DNA of 64,000 nt from Leucoraja erinacea (taxonomy: Eukaryota). Shown here piece by piece: positions 13,110 to 23,535 of the stretch; the stretch's first letter is position 1; each line of letters starts with the position of its first letter. The position numbers and the translations under genes are program-made. The stretch covers positions 30,752,001 through 30,816,000 of the forward strand of contig NC_073403.1 in the NCBI RefSeq assembly GCF_028641065.1, written 5' to 3'. The notes beneath the pieces were generated by a model that saw only the letters and a program-made list of their open reading frames with translations, searched no databases and was not told the origin of the DNA.

Positions 13110-13422
13110 ATCCAAAGGACGGATTCGGATCCCAACTGCACCTCGCTGAGACCTCGACAGAAGTTCGAGCCACGTGGACCAAGATACCACGTTGATAACA
13201 ACCACATTCGCTACTTTGACTGGGAGTTCGCGTTCCGCCAGTCCCGCCAGCAGTTTACAGCTGTTTGATATTCGCTTCTGGAAGGAGCGGGTGGTCTACG
13301 AGTTGAGCGTCCTGGAGGTGAACTCCGTTTACAGCGCAGAGACGCCAGGTCTGATGAGGGCAAAGTTCTAAGTCATTATGGGATTGGGAAAAGTTCCAAT
13401 GAGCTGGTGAACGACGTGGATT
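13110..13422 (+). pseudogene. Copper-containing amine oxidase (AOC1/AOC3 family) exon fragment with two frameshifts
   Basis: Stitched translation FEPRGPRYHVDNNHIRYFDWEFAFR/SPASSLQLFDIRFWKERVVYELSVLEVNSVYSAETPGLMRAKF/SHYGIGKSSNELVNDVD parallels the recalled AOC1 segment PHGPRF..GWSFAFR..GLQ..F.GERIAYEVSVQE...YGG.TP.GM.TKY...GLG....EL..G.DC. Confidence 0.78.
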
Positions 13423-14450
13423 CTGTGAGTTGTCTCTGCCATGCTTTAATATGTTACAATCCGAAAATAGGTGATGTTTGAAAAGTGAAATGATTCCACT
13501 GGAAATTTGGAAGGTGTCGGGAGAGAGCGGTTTCCGTTCTGAAGCAAGGAATGTGAAAGTGGGAGAGTCCCGCAGCAGCGACGGGGGAGAACAAGCAGCG
13601 CTGCGGCTCAGAGCTTCGCAGGTTCACATCAGGGGGTCCCAGGTGTTGTGGGGGAGGCTCGGTCTCGGCAGGGGACGGGGTGGGGAGGGGACGTGACAGG
13701 GGGACAGTGCGGAGAGCCGGCTCACGGCCACTTGGTTGGTGGCGACTCTCTCAGCGCGGATACACCTGACTCACACTCTGCTCTCCGAGGAGAAAGTGCC
13801 TCTGGCTCTCTGTTATTTACACCAGACATTTCTGCTTTTGTTTCAAATTAAACAACTCCGAGCCGAGTGAGGAGTCGTTCCCGATCCCTTTCCTCTCTGA
13901 AGAAGGATCTCGACACGAAACGTCGCCCATTCTTTCTCTCCAGAGATGCTGCCTCACCCGCGGAGTTACTCCAGCATTTTGATTCTAATTTCGATTTAGA
14001 CCGGCATCTGCAGTTCTTTCTTACATCCAACCCCTTTCCTGTCTTCTCGCCGCCGCGGGAAGTCCCCGGCGCGGTCTGCCGTGGGGAAGCGGCCGCGCCG
14101 CAACTTCAGCCGAAGAGAAAGCGAAAGTGTCCCGTGGAAAGAGACGGGCTCGTCACATCCGAGGGTGAATGTGTGTGTGTGTGTGTGAACCCACCGGGTC
14201 CCGCTGAGAGGCTGAAGGGAAACGGGATGAACGGGTATTGGGTTATTATTGTCACGTGCACTGAAATATTATGAAACCCTTTGTTTTACCGCCATTCAGT
14301 CAAATCTAACCTTGCTGGAGTCCAAAACGTTAAGTTTAGTTCGGAGATACAGCATGGAAACAGGCCCGTCGACCACAGAATCCACAATGACCGTTCACAC
14401 GCGATCTATGACACTTTCTCATCCATTCCCTACACACTAGGGCATTTTGA
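13416..14450 (-). promoter_or_regulatory. IFN upstream cassette of locus B, cut off from exon 1
   Basis: Homologous to the D-H cassettes: gaaaagtgaaa IRF-like site (~13480), gggagagtccc kB-like site (13561), GAAAGCGAAAGT IRF element (14117-14128). Confidence 0.75.
13890..14030 (+). mobile_element. Penelope pLTR-type short insertion in the B cassette
   Basis: ctgaagaaggatctcgacacgaaacgtc motif, flanked by repeated ccctttcct; absent at the equivalent site of the D cassette (~32730). Confidence 0.6.
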
Positions 14451-15059
14451 CATTCAAAATAATATCTACAGCTTGTGATTTAGGCCGCTGGTTATAAGCT
14501 GCATAAATGCTCTGTTGCGTTTGCTTGTGTTAACCAGGCGCAGTTTGCTCCGTATTAGAGATTTGAACAACTTCCACAATTATTACCACATCCATATTGG
14601 GCCAGAAAGAATTCACATTAATAAACTTTGAATATTACGAATATTGACAAGACGAGGGCGAGCAAATAATGAAATAAAATTCCAATCATTTGGAAGCTGT
14701 GCGTTTCAACCTCTTTCTCAACTGGTAGGACTGTGGGTGTCTGTGGTAAAAGTGAGGGATGAAGAGTACAGATAGGTGTTGCATCGCCCGCAGTTGCAGG
14801 GGGGAGTACATGGTGAGAGGGCGGTTTGGGAGGGAAGGGAGTGGTGAAATAAGGAGGCGAGGAGAATGGTGGTGGTGGGATCACGTTGAATGTGGCGGAA
14901 TTGTGGGAGAATGATGGGGGACCAGGGTAAGTCTATTCGTGTTCCGTCTGAGCGAAGGAAGTGAGATCCAGCCATAAACCACAGGGAGAGGAATATAAAC
15001 CATTTGCAATCGTCAACATATTTATAAACAAATAACATCCACAAACATTAATAATAACA

Positions 15060-15400
15060 TCAGTTCAGAAAATATGTGAGTTTCTGAACAATTTATTGAT
15101 AGTAAATTTCAATCCTTCAGTGTAAAATATTCCAGTGCAAAAAAAAACATCTCTTAATAAATATCTGTACATAAATATGTTACGAGGTTAATTTATACAT
15201 TTAGTTGCATTTGTACAAAGGAATACAACTTTCGTGGGCTGAATAATCAGCACATTTCAAGTAAAACCACAGAAATGAATTAATATATAGAGGTTAAATA
15301 AACCAATATAAATACATAAATAAACCGATATAATCCACAGTTTTAAAACAGGAATATGCTTTTACAAATTACGGCCAGCCGCTGTATGTATTTATTCACT
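15060..15400 (-). promoter_or_regulatory. AU-rich elements and polyA signal in the 3' UTR of IFN C
   Basis: Minus strand ttatttatgtatttatattggtttatttaa and tatttatgtacagatatttattaa, with AATAAA near 15095. Confidence 0.55.
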
Positions 15401-16029
15401 GCTTCATTCCAGTTACCGCTGTCTCATTGACACATTTACTTGCAGCACCAACCACGCCGCCATCACCAAATCATCCCCTCGCGGTTCCAGAGCCGCTCAG
15501 CGACCCCGGGAAAGTCACGCAGTGAAAGGCCTCCCGCCACTAGGCCTGAAAGTTGTCGGCAGCATCGCCATGCGACGGGGACAGGTCGCCCAGAAACACG
15601 GCAACATTTAATCTCAGTTTAGACAGTTGGAGCTGCAACGCCAGTGGGTGGGATAATGGGCCCAACACAGTCACTCGGAATGAAAATATTTTCTTCGTTG
15701 CTGCTGCAGCGTACAGACGCTGGAAGGTGAACAACACTGTAAACCCTACACCGAGTGAAACATTTCATCAGATACAAACATAACGAAATCCCAACAGAAT
15801 GAACAGTAAATAGGGAATAACATCCAGGCGTAATTTCCACTTTCCCAACTCCTGGTTGAAGACGTTTACAAATAAAATATTGTTCAGTTAATTCTTCTTT
15901 CCCCGTAGATAGACACAAAGTGCTAGAGTATCTCAGCGGGTCAGGCAGCATGTCTGGAGAAAAGGAATAGCTGTGGTTTCGGGTCGAGACATCTTCTTGT
16001 CCTGCCCGCGCCCGGGGAAATGTTCAGTT

Positions 16030-18750
16030 TCAGCTCCTAGTGTTTGCCATTATGAGAAGGATCTGCTGTAAGTGGGCTCTTGTCTCGGCACGGATCATTT
16101 CCCAGGCACAGTCGCCAAAGTTCTAGAAAAAGGAAGGAATCAGGAAAATACATTAAGCAAGGGACAGATTGAATTTGGGCGAAATGCAATATCTGCAAAT
16201 AAAAACGGATTGTAAGCATAACCAACTCACCTGATGTTTCCGAAAGCGTCGCAGTTTTCGAAAGTATTTGTGAACAGCAATGTTTCTCTTTTGCTGAGAC
16301 TCCGGCGCCCGTTTCCATGCGCATTCCTCCAGCTCTCTGATCTGCCGATGCAGTAGAAGCCGGAAGTTTTCCACCTCTTCTCGGGGCCACGGGGCCGAGC
16401 CCGAATCCTCGCTGTAGATCTCGCTGGTTTGCCTCAGTGTTTGAAGGACAATCTGGATCTTCTCCAGAGCCTGCGGAGAGGAGACAAGGTGGCATTAGAG
16501 CGGTCTTGTCGGTAATAGGGGTCTGTCAGTTATGGAAATGAACACGGGGCAACGAAACCTGAAACCAATGAACGGGGGGAGGTTTAGTTTTAATTGACAT
16601 GGGATCTTACCCAGAGGGTGGGGAACGCATATTTACGCGAGATAGCAAACGAGCAACGTTAGTGTTTGGAAGATAACGAGAAGTATTTTGGGTGCAGAGT
16701 CAACATATTTTGCCGAAGCAGTAAATACAGTCATATTTCCCAGGGTTACTAGAGAGATCTGTACTTCAGCCTCATAATAAAAGACGAGCAAAAACATCGT
16801 GGTTCTTAATCCACCTGCCTGTCTTAGATATTGGAGACATTCCAGGAGATGGAATAAGTAGAAATATAACTCCCACGTCCCATAAAGATGGAAGGATGAT
16901 CCAGAAAGGAACATGCCATTTATCTGCTCTTCAATGTTAAGGATCTTGCTCTAACAATTCCAGGATTATATCTCTTAACTGGCACCGTGTCGTGTTCATG
17001 ACATTGAGTTGAGGGCGTGAGTCAGCGCTAAATTGTTAACGGGAGAAAGCTATGATATTCCCAGGCTATTAGAGAGCATTAAATGTTTGAAATGGACAGT
17101 AAGATTCTGTCCATCGGGTTAGAGAGACTAAAAGTGTTCGTGTGAGTAAAATATAAAGGCGCAAAAGATATAGCAACAAAAGTAAATCCCAATTCTACAA
17201 TTTCCCCAGCATGTGAACGATCCTTCAGCTCAGTCATCCCCGCTCGCAGTCCACAATAGAACTACTCCTCAGCATCTGCATGCCTTGAGGATACTCGGCG
17301 ATTCACAATCAACGGCATTGCGAGGCTTCTCCGGCCCCGAACATAGATATTTCACATTGAAATTGTGCACACATTTGCTTTGGATCGGTGTGACGTGATG
17401 ATGGTTTAAACAAAGTAACGAGATAAAACCAGGAGTCGGTTACACGGCAGTACACATTGCTCTGGCCACAATGTCTGAACGGACTGGACATTAATGTTTG
17501 AACGGACTGGACATTAATGTCTGAACGGGGAGAAGAAAGGAACGGGGAGAAGTAAGGAAAAGTGAGGAGGAGGAGCCCGAGGGCTGAAGGAGAGATAGGA
17601 ATGGGAGGAGACAGCAAGGGCTAGCAAAATTGGGAGAATTCAATACTCATGCCCCCAGGATGCACTCCTCAAGCGGAACTGTTCCTCCAATTTCCGGTGG
17701 TGCTCGCTCTGGCCATGGAGGAGACCCAGGACCAAGCTATAGGATCTTTGCCCAGGACAGGGAGGTCGGATACGGAATGGGAGGGGGAGTTGAAGTACTG
17801 AGGTCAGGTTGGTTAATGCGGACCGTGCGGAGGTGTTAGGCGAAACGATCGCCAAGCCTCCGCTTGGTCTCACCGATGTAGATCAGCTGACATCTAGAGC
17901 AATCAGAATTAGTCAAAACTGAGCTGATCAGGTTACCGGCGATCTTATTTCAGAAGGAGGCGGATACAGAGACCGGTCTAGGTGCAAAATGCCAGGAATT
18001 TACCTCTTTCGTTGGGTACGAAAAACAACATGGAACCTATTATTCAATGTTATGCTGCGTCAAAATCTGTCCACAATTACAGCCGGACTACCTCGCTTTA
18101 GTAACACAACCTCATTGAATCGAAGTCCGGCACACATTTTGCTTCCTTGTTTATTACACAGAACATTGAACATCAACAGTACAGCAATGCAAGAGGCTTT
18201 TCGTCCCACCATGTCTGCTTCAATCATAATAGGATTTGGGAAAGGAGTTCTACAATTGTTTGCATATACAAAACATTCACGTTATTAGTCGATGAAGGTT
18301 CTAAATAAGGCGAATGGTGAACTAGAATGAATGAAAAATCCAATCACTCACCGACAACCCATTTGCAAGGTTCACCAGTTTCAAGGGCTGTGTTTTCAAC
18401 CGGACCTCTCTGACACAATGCCACGGAAAGGGGCTGCCCTGGGGGAAGAGGGTAAATTATGTTATAGAGAATCCAGTAACTGACAGACAAGCGTCGCGGA
18501 TATCAAACAGGGAACCCGTCAAAGCTTTAAACTATTGCACCGTATCTGACCAGGGAAATGAAAAATCAAAGATCGCCGGAGAGTGTCGGATCGGTGTCTG
18601 GGAGTGGGGACAACTCACCATTTCATTCAGTTTGCCCAGAGTGTCCGTGTTGAGATCTTGCAGTAACTGCAGCCTCTCACAGCCCAGGCTCAGGGTCCCG
18701 GACAACAACACCCACACAATCCAAGCTCTGCAAACACTGCCCAAAGCCAT
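16030..18750 (-). CDS. Type I interferon C (divergent, intact, 183 aa): exons 18750-18619, 18438-18352, 16470-16231, 16122-16030
   Basis: GT/AG phase-0 junctions; MALGSVCRAW...SLG|CERL; GSPFPWHCVRE; ALEKIQIV...RELEEC...YFRKLRRF; NFGDCAWEMIRAETRAHLQQILL; four conserved Cys. Confidence 0.9.
17560..17900 (-). mobile_element. Penelope-like fragment in intron 2 of C
   Basis: Minus strand CSRCQLIYIGETKRRLGDRFA (GIY-YIG) remnant. Confidence 0.7.
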
Positions 18751-18859
18751 CTCCCAACGCAGCGTCTATGGAAATGCAGCGGCTTGTGATCCGGGAGCGG
18801 CCGCCTGTGCTGCTGAGACCGGTGGCTGTGGATTCTGTCAGCTGTACCTGTCATGCTGC

Positions 18860-19010
18860 CGGCTTTAAAGTGCGGCATTCCATTCCGAAACTGAAAGTGG
18901 GCGGGAGGTGTTTTGTAAAGAATGTGGAAATGTGAATGTTTCCGCACCGAAGTGGTGAATCCAAAAGTGGGAGGTGCCCGAGCAGCGATAGTGAAAATTC
19001 CCGATCAGAG
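18860..19010 (-). promoter_or_regulatory. Distinct promoter of IFN C
   Basis: TATA-like ctttaaag 18863-18870, ISRE-like GAAACTGAAAG 18887-18897, kB-like gaaaattccc ~18993; lacks the ~1 kb cassette. Confidence 0.55.
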
Positions 19011-19414
19011 TTCAATGCCACGCTCGCTCCGGCTCAGGACCGTGTGGGTCAGTCCACATGGGACAAAGGCGGAGCAGAGCGAGGGTCTGCGCTGTGTCCA
19101 TGATTTTCAAGATCAGACAGCCAATTGTTATATAAATGTGGGTAATCTCGGGGTTCTATAAATGAGGGTCATCTGCCTTAATAGATGAATTAGCAAAGAT
19201 CGGAGTCTCCAAACAGAGGCGACGAAACAGCGGTGCCTAAACGATGGCGCCGAAACGGAGGCGCCTAAATGGAGGCGCCAATAGGCACGATTCCGTCCTG
19301 CCTGATACCTTTAAACTTGTCCCAATTTAACATTTTAACATGTGTGCCCGCCCTGTTTCTATCTATTACTATGCTAAACCTAGTCTGTGGTCCAACAAGG
19401 CTCATTCATGAACA

Positions 19415-19665
19415 TTTAGTTTACTTTAGAGATACATCGCAAAAACAGGCCTTTCAGTCCGCGTCTACCAACAATCCCCGTACATGAGGTCTATCCTACA
19501 CACCAGTGACAATTTACAATTTGTATCGAAGCCAAATTAGCCCATAAACCTGTACGTCTTTGGAGTGTGGGAAGAACCCGGAGCACCCAAAGAAACCCAT
19601 GCAGATCATGGGGAGAACGTGCCAACCCTTTATAGACACCACCCATAGTCAGGATCGAAATCAGA
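19415..19665 (-). mobile_element. V-SINE (HE1-like) fragment
   Basis: Reverse complement of cgttctcccc...gggtgctccgggttcttcccacactccaaagacgtacagg. Confidence 0.7.
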
Positions 19666-19739
19666 GGAAATTTATTATACATATTGAGGAAACTTTCCGG
19701 AAGATATTTGATACATTTTGTCCCGTTTAAACGTTTTAC

Positions 19740-21960
19740 ACTATGAGATTCCCAGTCAATATTGGGAAATTTTAAATTCCTTACTACACAACCTTATTAG
19801 ACCTACAGCTGCCTGCCATCTCCTGACATATTTGCTTTCCTAATTCCCATTAATTATTTGGGGGCCTGTAGTACACTCCAAACAAAGGGATCATCTATTT
19901 ATTTTTCCTCTGCTCTGCCCATACAGCCTCGCTATCTGCAATGCCACCACTGATCACTTAACCAATAACCCTTAACCAATGATGCCACACCTCCTTCGCT
20001 TTTACCCTCACCTCTGTCCCTCCTGAAGCACCTGTAGCATGGAAAATTGAGTTGCCTGTCCTGCCGCACTGTTAACCATATTTCTGTAAAAGCTACAATG
20101 TCCCAATTGTATGTACCCATCCATGCCCAAAGCTCATCTATCTTACCTGTCAGGCCTCCTGCATAAGAAATAAGCCAAATTGTAATCAAACATTCTTCCT
20201 CACTCGCAGTCTTTCTCCTGCCTACTCTCTCAACTAAACTTTCTCTCATCACTCTCTATATCAACTTGTAACCACTCATCTGCCTCCATCTTGTAGGCAC
20301 CCAACTATCAATCTAGTTTAAGCCAGGCCTTGTAAAGCCGGCAAACCTGCCTGCCAGGGTATTGGTACCACTGCAGCTAAGGTTCAACCCATCACTCTTG
20401 AACAGATCACCTCTGCCCTAGAAGATATCACAATGGTTTAGAAATCTGAACTGCCTCCTGCACCAACTCCTCAGCCATACATTCACCTCCCCTATCTTTC
20501 TGTTCCTATGCTTGGTTCTTGGTTCTTGGTTACTTCGTCCTCCAAAATATTCCAACTGGAAATTAAACTGGAGGTGATGAAGGGAGGGATTAAGCCAGAA
20601 AGGGTTATTGGGAAGAAAGTGCTACTTTAAATTTAGTTGCATCTGGTTGGGTAACTATAGTTTGGTGGAGATTATTCCATGCTTTAATTGTGCGTGGGAA
20701 GAACAAATTGCTGTACACATCAGTCTTTGTAGCTGGGATCACAAATTGGATCGAATGCCCTCGTCTGCTCCTAATTGGTTTGGGGTTGGTGTAGGTCTTG
20801 TGATCTATGTCTAGCTGACCATTTAACATTTTGTAAATACATGTCAAACGGTGAGCTGCACGTCTGTCTTGGAGAGGGTTCCACCCCAGTGAATTCAGAT
20901 GCAACACCCCCTTCTCTTTTACCCTCACCTCTGTCCTTCCTGAAGCACCTGTAGCATGGAAAATTGAGTTGCCTGTCCTGCCCCACTCTTAACCATGTTT
21001 CTGTAAAAGCTACAATGTCCCAATTATATGTACCCATCCATGCCTGAAGCTCATCTATCTTACCTGTCAGGCCTCCTGCATAAGAAATAAGCCAAATTGT
21101 AATCAAACATTCTTCCTCACTCGCAGTCTTTCTTCTGCTTACTCTCTCAACTAAACTTTCTCTCATCACCCTCTATATCAACGTAACCACTCATCTGCCT
21201 CCATCTTGTAGGCACCCAACTGCCAATCTAGTTTAAGCCAGGCCTTGTAACACCGGCAAACGCCAGGGTATTGGTACCTCTGGAGCTAAGGTTCAACCCA
21301 TCACTCTTGTGCAGATCACCTCTGCCCTAGAAGATATCACAATTGTTTAGAAATCTGAACTGCCTCCTGCACCAACTCTTCAGCCATACATTCACCTCCT
21401 CTATCTTTCTGTTCCTATGCTCACACGGTACAGGAAGCAATCCAGAGATCACGTCCCCAGAGCTCCTGCCTTCTAGGCTTTTACCCAACTCCCCATACTC
21501 CCGTTGTAGAACCTCTTTCCTTTTCCTTCCTCTATCATTTGTGCCAACATGCCGTAACCCCCCTTGAGGATGCCATGCAGCAGCTCCAAGATGCAGTTGA
21601 CCCTGGCACCAGGGATGCAGCACACCATCATGGTGTCTTGACTGCTGCCGCAGTGTCTTCACTCTTAACTATAGAGTCATCTACCACTACGGCTCTGCCT
21701 GAAGTTGCCCTGCTGCTATTGCTCGATGCAGGGCTGATTTCACATTCCTGACTGATATTACCTTGATGTATCGTCCCAACACCACCCAAGAGGGTGTGCC
21801 TGTTAGGAAGAGGGATGGCCACTGGGGTCACCTGCACTCAAGGTCTAATTCCCTTCTTTGTGGTCACCCACATTTTCTCTACCTGGACCTTCAATGTGAC
21901 AAACTGGCTGAGATGCCCCAGGCACCAGCTGTGGTAACCGAAGGCTGATCCATTTCCACA
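19740..21960 (-). mobile_element. Old CR1 5' region (ORF1 esterase-like and endonuclease start) with an internal duplication
   Basis: AVVVDDSIV, VISGLLPVP, VNVWLKSWC (ORF1) and DIVAFTETWL, FRKDRGEGKREGGVA (endonuclease). Confidence 0.75.
20511..20896 (-). mobile_element. 3' fragment of a second CR1-clade LINE family with (ttggttc)n tail
   Basis: LGWNPLQDRR...IYKMLNG...KTDVYSNLFFPRTIKAWNNL. Confidence 0.75.
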
Positions 21961-23535
21961 TCCAATGTAGATGAGTAAGGCGGCTTTGACCAGTCCCCAG
22001 GGCAACATGTGAAATATAACTCTACAGCAGAGATCAGATCATTGGACCCACATTTTCCATGCCGTTAAACTAATTACCTCTGCCCACTGCTCCATTCCAT
22101 GAATATCCATGTTGCTATTTAAAGGCCTCCTAAATGCCACCATTATATCTGCCTTAACTACCACCACCAGCACCCCATTCCAGGCAGCCATCTTGCCCCA
22201 AGAAGTAAAAAACTTGCCCCACATATATCTCAATTAGTTTGCCCTGTTCTCCTTAAAGCTGTGTCCTTCAGGCTTTGACATTTCTATCCTGGTAAAAGGG
22301 TTCGGTCTATCCTTTGCAAGCAATGATGGTCCAACCTCTCTTGATAGCTGATAAACCTTAGTCCATGCAGTGGTCTGGTAAACCCGCACTGCAGATTCTC
22401 CAAAGCCTCCACATACTTCCTACAACATGGTGACGAGAACTGCAGGCAACACTCCAAATGTGGTCTCACGTAAGTCCTAAAGAAATGGCATCATCACCTC
22501 CAGACAATTATCCAATGAGGGCAGGTAGTCTAAACGACTTCTTTACCTCTCTGTCGGCAATCTTTATGTAAATTTTCCCCATATGTGGAGACCCTTTGCA
22601 TACCTTGGGTATGCAAACAAAGAATATTCTTCTGACTTGTCACATGTGATAATAAAGTGTCATTCATTCATTCACTTCAAAATGTATTCGCATACTTTGT
22701 CTGTGCAGTGTGAGATTACGGAGGGAAAATATATTTGAGGAATATCTAGAAATGCAAGAATTCCCATTCATTAGACATGTGAAGACGCTGCAGCAGCAGT
22801 CAAGACATGTGACAAAAATAAATGCAATGCAAAAAATATACACTAATGAAAATACAAAACATCCATTTTCATTGAAAATATTTTATTTTAGAAAAAATAT
22901 TCACAGCGTCTCTCTAAAATACAATAAATTAACAAAGATTTTGACTATATATATTGTATGCTTAAATATATATAAGTGCAAATATAAATAAACTGAAATT
23001 AATTTATTCACTGAAATAATTTAATGAATTTACTGAATTTGTCAGTCTTTGAAAGAGGGGATCTTTCAAGATTCACAGTTCAACACAGGATAATGGTACA
23101 AAAATAAATATCAATAAATTAGATCAACACTTAAATACAGAGAAATATCCAAATGTTCTTTGTTCTCCATGACTCTCATACAAGTCGAAATAATAGAATA
23201 CATTGTTCAGAAAAAAAGCTAATGGGAGAGAATATAGCTAATGTTTCTGATGCAATAATAATAATTAATTTGTTTAAAAAATTGTTAACATTCTGGTTCT
23301 TGAGCATTCATGATGGTAGTTTATTTGACCTGGAATGACTCCCTTTTCCATTCCACACGTACTGAGTTGTTTGAACATCTTCCATTTCATTTATCACGTT
23401 TCCACCATAAGAAGTCCAAGGAAGGGTCTCAACTCAAAACATCACAAAACCATAATCGACAGATATGTTGCCTGATCTACAGATTTCAATTGATCCTCAA
23501 TTTCAGTCTCTTATGATTCAGTCTCTGAAATATCC

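Noticed and set aside
19212-19285. Short ~14-bp tandem units (aacggaggcgcct-like) as a CRISPR-like array
   Set aside because: No unique spacers and a eukaryotic context; likely a minisatellite or transposon remnant
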